A DNA stretch of 63,535 nt, filler included, from Octopus bimaculoides (GCF_001194135.2; 10 parts of 10 records of this genome joined end to end with filler, not necessarily neighbours in it); one strand, 5' to 3'. Counted from the first letter of the whole stretch, positions 25,193-40,408 are shown. Translations and numbers: made by a program. The notes: a model not told the origin generated them from the letters alone.

Positions 25193-25749
25193 CACACGCA
25201 TACACACATACAGACATTCATACATACATGCTTGATGTATGTATGCACACAGATCATTAACTGAAAGTGGAAAGAAGGGAAGGAGACTCTCTTACGTGAA
25301 ATGGTCTGTGACAAGCTAGTATAACATTAAAAAAAACATAAACATCTAAAATCTAAAATATAATTTAATACAATATAATATAACATAATATAATTAGAAA
25401 TTATAATATTAGCACTAATAAGTAAATTAGTGCTTATAGTTTTTAGTTACCCTCTTACTAACGATCACTTGGAGATTAGATGATTATCTCACACTTAATG
25501 AAATATTAAAATAAAACAAACAAAAACAAAACGTGAAAAAATACGTAAAGTTTAAAATCAAATTAAGTATATTTTAATTAACGATAGAAGGAGAAAAACC
25601 CAACGGATTAAATATGGAAAACTAATAGTGATAAAATTTAACCAGATTCGTATACATCCACAGAAACAACGTAATATAAACTTAGATTTGAAATGAAATA
25701 CTTCTAGTTTATTAATCGAATTAAGATATTTGTGAGATGGAGTATCATC

Positions 25750-25855
25750 TCTTTGCGTTCTAATGTCGAATCCTGCAGAGGTCAACGCAGCCCTTCATTC
25801 TTTTGAAGGTGATACAATATATTACCAGTTAACTGCTGGGTTCGATGTTATCAAT
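25750..25855 (+). mobile_element. Degenerate SINE fragment (family of 22288)
   Basis: Loose match to the B-box region and the central GAGGTCAAC..CCTTCATTCTTTTG..GATA..TACCAG domain. Confidence 0.45.
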
Positions 25856-26249
25856 AAATAAAAAAGCCATTTCATAAAAGAAACAAAAAACCCCCCCAAA
25901 AACACTGGCATTGTACGTAAATTAGAAAGCGATAGTTTCACTTGAAAAATAAAATTGAGGGTGTAGAGGGATAAGATTGAAAAAGTAAAGCCCTCCAGTA
26001 CCAAAAGGATATTGGGAAACTAGGAGTTATGTGTCTTAGTGAAGATGAAAAACTAACTCTGGACGAAAGACAATTATATATGCGTTTTTCGAAAGGAAAG
26101 GTAACTAAAAACCCCTCGAAGATGTAGCCTTCAGTACTACATATATAAAGGGAAACCGTATGCGACAGTCGCTGCCATATGCATTAACGAGAAAGGAGCC
26201 AGAGGAATGGCAGGAGTTAGATGAAACTCTCAGATCTTTATAATGACTT

Positions 26250-27300
26250 CCCATTTTATGCGTAACAGGCTGACTCGAATTCGAATTAAGAACATTTCGG
26301 TTTGTTGAGATCTGGAAAGTGCTTTAACCATTCTGGGAGAGCATGGAGAGATTTTAAATACGAAACCCACCCCACAACTGAACAGGACTGGAATTCTTAT
26401 GGAATTCCAGATACTGGTTGCTTCGGGAGGGGAGGAATAAATCCCACTCTCCAAAAGATTTACTAGAGAAACCCCCCACCCTCAGCTAAAAAGAACGTTG
26501 TTTTAGCAGGCGCTGCTGAATATTAAGGTCTAAGAGCATTCATGGGACCTTAGATCCCGCACTTTAGATCGGATTAGGAAACTAATCCGAACTGTTGACG
26601 GGGATAGTCGTCAACATCTGGTGGTGGGTCAACGTGAAAGGGGGTAATTAGAGTAAAATTAATAGGGTTTAGCAAAGAGCTAGCAATAAAAAGCAATAGA
26701 TTAGAGGAAAAACTAATTAGCAGCCTGGAAGAGGCGATTCGTAAAAGTATCGCAACCGACGTTGTGAGCAGCAAGAATGGCTCCGAACCATTTTTTAGAG
26801 GCAAGGTTGTCAGAGCGGAGGCAAATGCATTCAAACCCGAAACAATTAAAGCCGTCCGATGGACCCGGACGGTGAAGGCATGACGTCTTTGACAGACCGG
26901 AGCGGGTGCATACTATTCGGTTCCGAGCAGATGTGTGCGACTTTCCAGTTGCATTTCCCATGACTGTTTGTGGAATGCAATGAGACCGTGACGATAATGA
27001 ATTTTAGGACGACCTGCCGTTGCTCTCGGCAATGGACGTGAATTTCTGCAAAACATTGATAATGACTGCTGAAATATGGATGCGCTATGAATTATATGGG
27101 TTCACGGGTGATATCTTGGCAGAGTCTAAAGTAACTGGTAGCTGAACGGGAGAATTCCTTGTGCTGTTAGCCGGGGAGCGGTAATGCTGCTGTGGAAGGA
27201 CGCTTATGAAGCAGACATGATGGGCAATTTTCAGCCATCAACTCCTATAAATAAATCATTTAAGACTTTCGCTAAAGTGTTAGAGAAAAGGTTGGCGCTT
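26250..27300 (+). mobile_element. L1/Tx1-like element remnant (possible ORF1 piece, EN-RT linker, RT N-terminus), heavily deleted
   Basis: FSKELAIKSNRLEEKLISSLEEAIRK (about 26670-26750) and GRIPCAVSRGAVMLLWKD..GNFQPSTPINKSFKTFAKVLEKRLA (about 27150-27298), homologous to the L1-clade NFRPITLLN..KILAKVL..RL. The ORF1 assignment of 26250-26450 is weak. Confidence 0.65.
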
Positions 27301-27363
27301 GCATATATATATGTGTATGTATGTGTATAATTTACACACGCACACACAATCATCATCATTATT

Positions 27364-27550
27364 AAGGCAGCGAACTAGCAGAATCGTTAGCCTCGCTCGT
27401 TCTGAGTTCAAATTACGCTGAGGTCGACTTTGCCTTTCATCCTTTCGGGGACGATAAATTAAGGACCAGCTGCGTATTTGGGTCGATCTAATCGACTAGC
27501 CCCCTTCCTAGCCCCAAAATTCCAGGCCTTGTGCCTATAATAGAAAAGAT
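27364..27550 (+). mobile_element. tRNA-derived SINE (family of 22288), internally deleted
   Basis: AAGGCAGCGAACTAGCAGAATCGTTAG..GAGGTCGACTTTGCCTTTCATCCTTTCGGGG..GTGCCTATAATAGAAAAGA. Confidence 0.8.
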
Positions 27551-28320
27551 TATAGTTATTGTTCTTGTTGCTGTTTTCGGTTTCCATACACGAAGTCCCA
27601 CCCTTCCATCATGCTGCCGTAATATTATCCATATAATATCTATTCATTCATCGCTTTTTAGTCATAACGAAAAACATTAAAGATAATTAACGCTTAATGA
27701 TAAAGCCATATTAATTGGGTGTGCTTTGCTAACAATTTCTCTATTAAGTTTATAATAGCAAATATAAATTGTACTCACATACATCTACTTTAGCTTCAGG
27801 GAAAAAATATATTTATGTGTGTGTGCCTGCATATACACATATACGTCACCGTATATGTATATATGTACATATATGAACATATATGTATATGTATGTATAT
27901 ATGTATATATACATGCACACATATATATATATATATGTACATATACATGTGTGTATATGTGTATAGATTTAGATAGATACCATGCGAGAAACTCTCATAT
28001 AGGTTTTAGATGGTTTTTTTTGTAGGGGTTTTCTCATGCGTAAAAAACCCCACTTTTTTCAGTCGAGGGCTTATATGCCCCACTATTCACAGTTTTAGAT
28101 GTAATGTGAGGAAAGTGGATCTTTCAGATTTGGCGAAACCCGAAGTTATGTAATCTGTAATGTTGAAGTAATCATTATAAAACTCTGTATGTTCTCTTCA
28201 TTTCGAATATTGCCTTTATGGCTATGAACAGCACTGAATGGTGTGTATTTATGTGTACCTGTCTGTCTGGGTGTATGTGTGTATGTATGTATGTATGTAC
28301 GTACGTATGTGTGTATGCGC

Positions 28321-28377
<57 letters not shown>

Positions 28378-28930
28378 TATATACATACACATACATATGT
28401 ACACATATAAATATGCATCTATGTATCTATCTATCTATCTATCTACCTATATATATATAAATATGTATATAGCTACGTGTGTGTGAGTATACGAGTATAT
28501 TCACACACATATGTATATATATATATATATCTATATCTATCTATATATATATATATAGATATATACACTTAGACCATGCATCTGTCATGCATGCATATGT
28601 TACACACACACACACACTCATACGTAGTTACATATACACTCATACATAGATGTATACATTCATAAATGCATTTATCCCTAAGTAATCATGTACGAATAAA
28701 TCTATTCAGAAGGAAGAAAATATTCATTAAGTAACAAAAAAAAAAATAATAATAAACAAGAAAAAAAACAAAACAAAAAATAAATAAAATACTAATAAAA
28801 TTGTATTATTGCACAAGTTACAGCGTTGCCGTCATCTCTTGAAAGTAAAAACATCGATATAGTTTTTTCGTTTCCAAAGAAAGATTGAAAGTACCACGCA
28901 CGCGCATGAACGTGCGCGCACATACACAAA

Positions 28931-28995
<65 letters not shown>

Positions 28996-29536
28996 GTGAA
29001 TAAAATAAATAAATGAATAAAACCTTAAAACTATCAATTGATTTGGACGACTGTTACGTGATGGAATAGTAGCTGGTTATTGCCCAGATATATAGATATG
29101 CAGGAGATTTATAGATACGGCGTCGATGATCTCAGCTGAGATATTGCAGACATATTGTAATATATCTCTCGAGACACGGAGATTATCACACCGATTTTGT
29201 AAGAATGGATCTCCGCTTCACTTTTTGCTATGTTAATTTATTATCTCCTTATCTTACTTTAATAGTTAGAGAGCGTCTTTTACTGAGTACAAAACTGTGA
29301 TTTATATATTTCCGCAAGAAATTGGCTATTGAAGACTATAATTCCTGAAAGTTATAGTGTGTGTGCGAGTGCGCGCGTGCATGTATGTATCTGTGTGCGA
29401 GTGTGTATATATATATATATATATATATTTGCATATGTATATGTTCATACATAAATTTACACATACATATGTAAATATGCATATATATTTGGATATATAT
29501 ATATAAAACCATATATACATATACATACATATATAC

Positions 29537-29569
<33 letters not shown>

Positions 29570-30169
29570 CACATATGTATATATATATATATATANNNNN
29601 NNNNNNNNNNNNNNNNNNNNNNNNNNNNNNNNNNNNNNNNNNNNNNNNNNNNNNNNNNNNNNNNNNNNNNNNNNNNNNNNNNNNNNNNNNNNNNNNNNNN
29701 NNNNNNNNNNNNNNNNNNNNNNNNNNNNNNNNNNNNNNNNNNNNNNNNNNNNNNNNNNNNNNNNNNNNNNNNNNNNNNNNNNNNNNNNNNNNNNNNNNNN
29801 NNNNNNNNNNNNNNNNNNNNNNNNNNNNNNNNNNNNNNNNNNNNNNNNNNNNNNNNNNNNNNNNNNNNNNNNNNNNNNNNNNNNNNNNNNNNNNNNNNNN
29901 NNNNNNNNNNNNNNNNNNNNNNNNNNNNNNNNNNNTTATATGTATTTATTTTCTCCTAGTAATAAATAACTCGGATAATATATATATATATATATATTGG
30001 TTTTTTAACACAGCGAACTACTTGGTAAAATTACTAATTATTATTTTAAGTTGATGTAATGATTGCATTGTTCAATTAAGATGGAGTCGCTTGAAACGGC
30101 CGTACTGCATTACTACTTGAAATCCTGTTACTTATTTTGATTCTCTCTCTCTCTCTCTCTCTCTCTCAC

Positions 30170-30206
<37 letters not shown>

Positions 30207-30951
30207 GTTTCTCTTTGGTGCCGTTGTCTCTCTCATCGCTGTCATCGTCGTTGTGGTGTCTGCCTCTGTTGTCCTTCCTCCTCGAACTCTGATTCTTGGC
30301 AGATACTTTATTCACCGTTGGTCAGTAAGTTTTTATCCATTTTCGACATCTTCATCAATTTTGTGTAGAAGTAGTAGCAGTGATAGTAGTAGTGGCAGTA
30401 GAAGTTGTTGTTGTTGTTGTTGTGAGTATGGTAGAGACCCCTGCTACGCTTTGTTCTTTTTGTTGTTATTGTTCATTATTCCTGTTACGTTTATTACCGT
30501 TGTTGTTGTTGCTGTTGTTGTCTGCCGTTGAGTTTTTCAATTTGTCAGCTATTCTTTAATTCAAAATGTCTCGCTTTGAAGATGGAGTAAAAGAGCAAAT
30601 ATTATAGCTTTTGCCTCTGCAGCTCTCTACAACAACACCACCAACAACAACAACAATAATATAAACGACAGCAGCATAAACAATAAAACCGCTTTCTAAA
30701 TTTTATTTACATATACACATGCATACATACATGTACATAGACGTATATATGTGTGTATACGTGTGTTTGTATATATATATATATATNNNNNNNNNNNNNN
30801 NNNNNNNNNNNNNNNNNNNNNNNNNNNNNNTTAATTAATTAANNNNNNNNNNNNNNNNNNNNNNNNNNNNNNNNNNNNNNNNNNNNCAGTATGGGATATC
30901 ACCGCCATATATATGTGTATATTAGTGTATGTGTATATATGTGTGTTCAAG

Positions 30952-31016
<65 letters not shown>

Positions 31017-32368
31017 ATATAAATATACATACTAATGCATGTAAATAAAACCCATCTGTGTTACGTATGGAAGTAAGGTGACTGGTAAAAAGTGGGCTAA
31101 AAAACCATTTTTGTACTGAAATTAAGAGCGATTAAGAGGTTTTGTTAAAAGATCCATAGAGGTCGTTGTGTTTTTTAATAACATAAATGGTATATAAAGT
31201 ATATAATAGAATATAAAGAGGTTCACTTTCAACGGCCGTTTCTAGAGTTCCTGTCCTGTTAGAGATATTAATAAATCTTACAAACTATGTGGACAACGTC
31301 CCTTTCATCAGGAAAGGTATCCTCACAAAATCATATTCTTGATACTTTTGATTCTTACGGAATGATGGATATATATATATATATATATATAAAGGAATTT
31401 ATTACGTATGCAAATGAGTGGAGACCATGGAATGGTGGGAAAAGTACATTAACCTATTGAGACTTAATTCTGACTAAACACAGGACGATGAAATTTTTCA
31501 CTGTTTTAAAGAGCTAATAGTTTTCAAGTTGCAGGCACTCTTCCATATAATCCAATATGTTTGGTTCTATATTTTTTTAAAAAAAAGTTTAAGATGCCAC
31601 TCAACTCTACACTGCTTTCTTCCCCCATCCTTCTCTAATTCCCTTTTTCTCCCCTTCATAGATTTCGGTCGGTCTGTCTGTCTCGTTGCTCACACGTGAC
31701 CATCGTCCACCTTTCTTTTCCTCACATGAACATCTTTCTTTTCCTGCACGACGTTCTAAGTATTGGACGTTTTCTTTCTCTCCTTTCTATCTTTTCAGAG
31801 AAAATGTTTCTTCCAGCTTTCATTATTATTTTCCTCTAGTTCCGGTCTAACGACACTCCATGTTTGCTTTCAGTCGGTTTCCTTGTATGTCTCCACTGTC
31901 CTGTTTTTTTCGCCAACTTTGACCCTCCATAAACCCCAAATCCTATTTTGGAATACATGGGATAAACTGTCTTCGAGAACTCATATTGTCGTTGAATGCT
32001 CGAAATGAGGAATAGATAGACAGCCAACAACTAATGATGAAGTGTGTGTATGTTTGTGCGTGTGTCTGTTTGTCTGTGTGCGCGCGTGTGCGTGTGTATA
32101 TATATTTATATATAAAGTTCTGATTTTAGTTAGGAGGAAAGGACTGTTGAAAAAAAAAAGAATTTATATTACAACGCAATGGTTATACAATTATGAATAA
32201 CATCTTTATACGGATGAAATGAATAATTTCAAAAATTAATTTGTCATTAATTGTTTGATTTTTTTCTATTAATTCTGTTTTTTTTAAATATATTTTTTAG
32301 GCAACGGAGAAATATATGAAGAAATGCAATCCAGCTGACACCGATTCGTTTAATTTCATCATTCCATT

Positions 32369-32445
<77 letters not shown>

Positions 32446-33281
32446 TCACTACTACTACTATTTCGGAGAAAAGCAGCTGTGCAGGAGAAATCAAAAGGTG
32501 GTCAAGAAGAACAAAATGATGATGACGACGACGATGACAAGGACGATGATTATGATGATGGTGGTGTTGTTGCTAGGGGGAATATGTGATGATAACACAG
32601 AAATGGTTGTGTGTTGGAAAGAGGAAGGCAACATATATAGATATGCTTAAGCAATCGGATTACTCCTGCAGATACTATAAAGATAAGACTGCTGAGAAGT
32701 GATCCGCCACATTTCACTGTCTAATCATTCACCTTAGGTAAAAGAGCATCCGGTTCATTTTAATTCTCTCCTTCATTTGCTTGAAGTGGACAGAAAGCCA
32801 ATATAAGGTCAGCTTAACACACAAATAAGAGACAGATATGAAAAGTCCCGTGGAGTAGAAATATATAATAGCTGAATCTACTTTCTGGTTTCGATTATCA
32901 CTTGTATATAATACAATTTTCTTGATAAGTTATGAATAACAGCAATAAAATGAGAAGTTGCGTTTTGAACGAAATTATTATTACTATTTATATTAAGCAC
33001 TAGCATATCAGTTTTATTCATGATAAAAATTGGGATACCGAAGCCATGAGACAAACCGTTGCTGCATGTGTACATTAACATATATACATATAGAAATACA
33101 CATATACATTATCTGGATGATATACATATAACACATAGGTCCATACATACATGCATACATACATATATGTATATATATGAATTATATATTTATATAAATA
33201 CACATATACATATATGTTTATAAATGACATACATATGTAGATACATACACGTAAAGTACTCACACACACGCAAAAATACAC

Positions 33282-33336
<55 letters not shown>

Positions 33337-33987
33337 CTTATATATAGATCATTTGAGTACATATATGCATGCGTATGTATGTATGTATATATGTATATAT
33401 ATATATATACATATATANNNNNNNNNNNNNNNNNNNNNNNNNNNNNNNNNNNNNNNNNNNNTTAATTAATTAANNNNNNNNNNNNNNNNNNNNNNNNNNN
33501 NNNNNNNNNNNNNNNNNAGCAGAGATTTATTGCCATGCCTACATTTGTACATTATCTCTTACTTCTTACAATTGATCAGTAACATGATATCTATATGTCT
33601 TGTCATCTGATGTGTGACACACCTTGCACCTGTATAAGGCAATGTTTATTTGAAATGAATGAGGTAATGTACAGCACAAATATCAAATCACTATAAACAC
33701 ATCATCTGAGCCGGTTGTTCAGTAAGTTACAAAACTCACATCTCTCATTTACAATGGGAAATTCCATCGTATGTGTACATATACACATATGTGAGTGTGG
33801 ATGCATGCTATGTGGGGTTCACCCCCAATGTTCTGCAATGCAGCAAACTGGCGAAGAAGCAAAGCAATTGGGTATTTGCAGTTGATGTTTACAACACATG
33901 TGCTGCTTTTCATTCATAACTATATTTAATCTTACATATTCTTTGTCGTGACCTCCCAGCAAATGATTCTTACACTATTTGTATATA

Positions 33988-35650
33988 CAGGGGTTGACAA
34001 AATAATTGAGACACCTTAAAATTTCTAACAAATTTATTTTAATATGGGGTAAGGGCTGCCTTTGGCAGTAATTACAGCTTGAATTCTGTGAGGTATGGAC
34101 TCGTACAAAATTTTAATTGTTTCTAAAGGAATTTTTGTCCATTCTTCAGCTAAAACAGTCTCCAGTTTTTGTAGTTATGATGGTGGAGGATATCGACTCC
34201 TTACTTGTTTTTCTAAAAATGCACCATAAATGTTCAATAATATTGAGATCTGGGGACTGTGGTGGCCAGATAAGATGTTTTTTTTTACTTCATTTGGATG
34301 TTCCTCGTGCCATTCAGTAACAACTATAGCTGTGTTAATTGGTGCATTATCATCCTGAAAGATTGTGTTTCCCTCTGGAAACAGTTCTGCAAACATAGGA
34401 TGAATTTGATCAGATAAAATGCTTAAATAGTCTTGACTATTAATTCTGCCATGAAGGGAAACCATTAGGCCNNNNNNNNNNNNNNNNNNNNNNNNNNNNN
34501 NNNNNNNNNNNNNNNNNNNNNNNNNNNNNNNNNNNNNNNNNNNNNNNNNNNNNNNNNNNNNNNNNNNNNNNNNNNNNNNNNNNNNNNNNNNNNNNNNNNN
34601 NNNNNNNNNNNNNNNNNNNNNNNNNNNNNNNNNNNNNNNNNNNNNNNNNNNNNNNNNNNNNNNNNNNNNNNNNNNNNNNNNNNNNNNNNNNNNNNNNNNN
34701 NNNNNNNNNNNNNNNNNNNNNNNNNNNNNNNNNNNNNNNNNNNNNNNNNNNNNNNNNNNNNNNNNNNNNNNNNNNNNNNNNNNNNNNNNNNNNNNNNNNN
34801 NNNNNNNNNNNNNNNNNNNNNNNNNNNNNNNNNNNNNNNNNNNNNNNNNNNNNNNNNNNNNNNNNNNNNNNNNNNNNNNNNNNNNNNNNNNNNNNNNNNN
34901 NNNNNNNNNNNNNNNNNNNNNNNNNNNNNNNNNNNNNNNNNNNNNNNNNNNNNNNNNNNNNNNNNNNNNNNNNNNNNNNNNNNNNNNNNNNNNNNNNNNN
35001 NNNNNNNNNNNNNNNNNNNNNNNNNNNNNNNNNNNNNNNNNNNNNNNNNNNNNNNNNNNNNNNNNNNNNNNNNNNNNNNNNNNNNNNNNNNNNNNNNNNN
35101 NNNNNNNNNNNNNNNNNNNNNNNNNNNNNNNNNNNNNNNNNNNNNNNNNNNNNNNNNNNNNNNNNNNNNNNNNNNNNNNNNNNNNNNNNNNNNNNNNNNN
35201 NNNNNNNNNNNNNNNNNNNNNNNNNNNNNNNNNNNNNNNNNNNNNNNNNNNNNNNNNNNNNNNNNNNNNNNNNNNNNNNNNNNNNNNNNNNNNNNNNNNN
35301 NNNNNNNNNNNNNNNNNNNNNNNNNNNNNNNNNNNNNNNNNNNNNNNNNNNNNNNNNNNNNNNNNNNNCTTGTTTTTCTAAAAATGCACCATAAATGTTC
35401 AATAATATTGAGATCTGGGGACTGTGGTGGCCAGATAAGATGTTTTTTTTACTTCATTTGGATGTTCCTCGTGCCATTCAGTAACAACTATAGCTGTGTT
35501 AATTGGTGCATTATCATCCTGAAAGATTGTGTTTCCCTCTGGAAACAGTTCTGCAAACATAGGATGAATTTGATCAGATAAAATGCTTAAATAGTCTTGA
35601 CTATTAATTCTGCCATGAAGGGAAACCATTAGGCCAGTGGATTTTCAAGT
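33988..35650 (-). mobile_element. Tc1-family transposon 3' half (DD34E transposase C-terminus + TIR), duplicated across an N gap
   Basis: TA-CAGGGGTTGACAAAATAATTGAGACACC end at 33988. Minus-strand MVSLHGRINSQDYLSIL..FQDDNAP, and after a homopolymer frameshift WPPQSPDLNIIEHLW. 34204-34471 recurs at 35369-35636. Confidence 0.85.
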
Positions 35651-35654
35651 TATA

Positions 35655-36540
35655 GCTGTAAACTGTATGATGCCTGTGTGCGAAAGGCCATGCTACTTGA
35701 CAGGGAAACATGGGCTGTGACTGCTGAGGACATATGTAGGCTTCAAAGACATGAATCTAGTATGCTCTGCTAGATGTGTAATGTCAGTGTATATACATGA
35801 CAGAGTGTAAGTACCGTGGGAGAAGTTGGACATAAGAAGCATCAGATGTGGTGTGCAAGAGAGACAACTTGCACTAGTATGGTCATGTGATGCGTATGGA
35901 TAAGGACAGCTGTGTGAAGAAGTGTCACACCCTAACAGTGGAGGGAACCTGAGGTAGAGGTAGAGCCAGGGAGACATGCGACGAGATGGTGAAGCATGGC
36001 CTTCGGACGTTAGGCCTCACAAAGGCAATGACATGTGACTGAGACCTTCGGAGATCTGCTGTGCTTGAGAAGACCCGGCAAACCAAATGAGATTGTAATT
36101 GTGGCTGATGCCAAGGTCACGTAACTGGCCCATTTAAAAACACCCTTCAATCGTTGGGCAATATGCTGTGCTTCAGAAGATCTGTTGAGTCAAGTGAAAT
36201 CATTGTCATGGCTGATAGCAGTGACGCCTGACTGACCTGTTCGACTGAGTGAATTGTAGCCATGGCTGATGCCAGTGCCACCTGCATGGTACCCATGCTG
36301 GTGGCACACAAAAAGCACCATTTGAGTGTGGCTGATGCCAGTACCACCTAACTAGCTCCTGTGCTAGTGGTATATAAAAGCACCCACTACACTGAGTGGT
36401 TGGCATTAGGAAGGGCATCCAGCTATAGAAACCTTGCCAGATCAGATCGGGGTCTAGTGCAGCCTCCCGGCTTTCCAGTTCTCATTCAAACTGTCCAACC
36501 CATGCCAACGTGGAAAGCGTACTTTAAATGACAATGATGA
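35655..36540 (+). mobile_element. RTE-clade LINE 3' end (RT C-terminus + 3' UTR)
   Basis: KLYDACVRKAML..ETWAVTAEDICRLQRHESSML..YGHVMRMDKDSCVKKC..VEGT*GRGR. The 3' UTR has short internal repeats and ends ..CCAACCCATGCC..TGATGA. Confidence 0.8.
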
Positions 36541-36690
36541 AAGGTTTCTTTCAGTTTCCATCTACCAAATCCACTCATAGGACTCTGTTTGACCAAAGAC
36601 TAGTGCAAGATACTTGCCCAAGGTGCCACATAGTTGGACTGAACCTGGAATCATGTGGTTGGGAAGCAAACTTCTTAGCACAGAGCCATG
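36541..36690 (-). mobile_element. CORE-type SINE
   Basis: Plus strand TACTTGCCCAAGGTGCCAC..GGACTGAACCTGGAATCATGTGGTTGGG is the reverse complement of the 4659 family. Confidence 0.8.
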
Positions 36691-37312
36691 CCTATCCATC
36701 CGTCCAACCAGTAGCATGTTATCTGAAATGTAATTCTTTCATGACCATATATCTTATAGAATACACTGCTTATGTCTTTCAATTTTCCAAATAGTCAAAA
36801 ATTTGGAAGTAATTAACTATTTCTTGATGCTAATATCAGAAACATAACTTCACAAAAGTTTCTCATATAAAATCTATGCTGCAAAGTTTTAAATTAGATA
36901 AGAATTCTTTGGAATGAAAGCTTTTTCTATTAAAGAAGCAGAGAGGATAACAAAATGGTTTGTATTAAATGCATTCTAGTCTACAGTTTATAACGGATTG
37001 CTTCTGCTCACATTTTGAAATTGTTTCTCTTCCTTCAGCTCCCAGAAATCTGTTACATTTTGAATCAACTGACTTCATATCCTGATGTTACATTATTCCG
37101 AATAAATGAGCTGATTTTGTTGTGGAAAAAAACGGTAACGTGTTTCATTGCTTTCGTTATTTAATACTCATTGTCTGTTCTGTAAAAACGAAAATATTCA
37201 TTTGTGATGTGACTGCTGCCAAACAAATTCTGTGACTAATTAATGGAATTTCCAAAATGTTCTAAATTGCCAAGTTTCTATTTTCTATCCAACACAATCT
37301 TGAATATGCTCG

Positions 37313-37344
<32 letters not shown>

Positions 37345-38043
37345 GTCTCTCTCACATGCACCTTTTATCCATGAACTTTCTCTCTTCTCTCTTTCACTCA
37401 CACACATATGCAAGTATGTATCTGATTGTTCAAACTGTACAGAACTCATTTTCTATGAGTGGCTTTGTTGTTGTCACTTCTGTAAANNNNNNNNNNNNNN
37501 NNNNNNNNNNNNNNNNNNNNNNNNNNNNNNTTAATTAATTAANNNNNNNNNNNNNNNNNNNNNNNNNNNNNNNNNNNNNNNNNNNNCAAAACAAGTCTTT
37601 AGTTAATTGGATACGAATCGTTTCATGGTTAAGCGCATGAAAATTTCACTATTCCAATCTTCAGTCCAAATATTCTGATAAATTTGAAAGTGTCTCTAAA
37701 AAAATTCACGGTAATTTTTGGCCATGCGACGTGCCATAAATATCGCCATCCGTTTAGAGAAAAATTTGTAGTTTAGAATCAGTAGTTCTTTGACTGCTAT
37801 TTCTAAATTTTCAGTATGTTGGAGAAGCAACTCAATGCTAATCCCTGTATATTTATGATGATAAATGGTTTTACCGATAAAGGTTTTTTCATACTGAACT
37901 ACTTGGCAAAATTGTTAATTATTAATTCTATTATTAATTGACGATTCCCTGCCCTTATTCTTGTATATTTACGCACATATATATATATACATATATATAC
38001 ATATCTATATGTATATATATACATATATATATATGTGTGTGTG

Positions 38044-38074
<31 letters not shown>

Positions 38075-38919
38075 ATATGTACACATATAAATAATACAGA
38101 ATGGGACAAGAACGGAAAACATCCAGACAGTTAGGTGATACAAGAAAGGGACAAAACATACAGATAGACGGTACAAAGAAAACACAGACAGGTCATTCGG
38201 AGTTTTCTTTCTTCAGTCGAGATCCAGATTATCCTTGTAATTTCGGCTGGTTATTCTCNNNNNNNNNNGAGTTTTCTTTCTTCAGTCGAGATCCAGATTA
38301 TCCTTGTAATTTCGGCTGGTTATTCTCGATATTGCTCCAATCTGGCCAGCCCCAAGGAAAAACTAAGGTAAGAGCATTAGATTCCTTGGAAGAAAGCAGC
38401 GAATGTATACAAAAACAAGGACGGGAAAAAGAATAAGAATAATAACAGGACATAACAACAGATTTCTTTCGACTAAGGACGAATTAAATTAAGCTGGCGT
38501 GTATGGAAATAAGGCTTTACAGCAGGGATACAAGATTTCAAAGGCACATATGTATATATATATGTATATATGTGAGAGTAAAAATAAAATACAAAAAAGG
38601 GTTTTTTTTTTGTATGATTGTGTATAGAGGAATATACTATTTTGTTTAAAAGAGTTCCAACACTGTCTGTTTTTTATGTTTTATTTATATTCCTGCAGAA
38701 CCAATGTGGGGTATAGAATATGGAATATACAATATATAATATAATATACAATATATAATATAAAATAAAATAAAATAAAAATGGATGGCACCATGAAATA
38801 AAGTATTGAATGTAGATGAAATATTGAGTGTTCAAATATATAAATATAAGTATATAAAGGCAACTCGAGTTTCAGGGCTATTTCCCTTCGTCATGGCCGG
38901 TATGACAGACTTTAACAGA

Positions 38920-39116
<197 letters not shown>

Positions 39117-39725
39117 AAAATTAATTACTTCGACAGCGTAAATTGTAGAACTGTATCGTAATTTTCTAAATCAAAAAATTACTGATTTCTCGTTGAAGTA
39201 ATCAGCTCACGAACAATAATACTTAACACAGAGAAGTAATTAACCAACATGTATTTAAAATGAAGCAACTTCATAAACTTTTATGTGTTATTATTTTAGC
39301 AAATCCTGTTACATTTTATTGATTTCTTGAACAATAAATTTTTGAAAACAGAATCAAAGTCATTTTACTAATTTTGGTTTGAGATCAATGATATTTTGTG
39401 AAATTGAGGAACATCAACAAAACTGCAAACAATTTTTACATTTAATTTGTATCATTACACACCAATATTTGTATCGAGCATAGCCAATAAGGTTATTTGC
39501 AATCAAGTAAACAAAAATCTGTGCTGTGAATTCTAAAATAATGTCGGAAAATTTATGTGACGAGCGGGTATTTCATCCAGAATAACTGAACAAACAAGGC
39601 AGATTTTCTAATTAAGAGATGATGATATGATTTCTCAGATCACAAAGAGATAAAATTGTTGACCAAGCTACTTAATTAAATTTCTTTACATATTGAAAAT
39701 TGGAAAGCGTGCGCCTTTCAATACA

Positions 39726-39756
<31 letters not shown>

Positions 39757-40312
39757 GTACATACATATGTACGTACGTACGTGTGTGTGTGTATGTGTGT
39801 GTGCTGAAGGCTGATTCAGGATGGTTCTCCGTCGGTTTCGACGATGAGTATTCTATTCTTCGATTAAATGAATTACGTGCTTACCGAATTTGCAGCATGC
39901 CACAGACATGTGTATCCTTGACGCAGTTCTCGGTGGAATTAGTGTGTTAGAGTGTGTGACAAGGGTATATTTATCAACGACAAGAGGAGTCCATCTGACA
40001 TGCTGCGAAGTGAAACCATGTGTGCGAGTGCGTTTGTGCGTGTATTTGAATTTACAAGAAGAAGAAAATAATCGAGAGAGATCTAGAGTATCTATGTTTA
40101 TTGTAACGCTGAGAATAATTTCTGCTGCTAGTCAAAATTTTGCACGTATCACTGATCAGGTCACTAATTTCTGAAATGAAAAATTATATTTATGTATTTA
40201 TAATAAGGATAAAATGTATGAGCTACCATTGAAATGGAAAAATGATAACGAAAATATTGTGTGTGCGTGTATGTGTGTGTGTGTGTGTATTTAGTTTATG
40301 CGTATTCGCATA

Positions 40313-40360
<48 letters not shown>

Positions 40361-40408
40361 TGAGTATGTGTGTGTGTGTACACACACACACACACACACA
40401 TATATATA

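Noticed and set aside
32464-32590. Acidic peptide ..NDDDDDDDKDDDY.. as a host exon
   Set aside because: It is a decayed (GAT/GAC)n tract with a short frame and no homology or convincing splice sites.
34204-35636. Direct repeat of the Tc1 segment (LTR-like appearance)
   Set aside because: The copies are identical except for a T-run length and flank an N gap, so this is likely uncollapsed overlap or haplotypes.
38199-38328. 60-bp direct repeat
   Set aside because: The exact copies lie on either side of a 10-N gap; assembly artefact.
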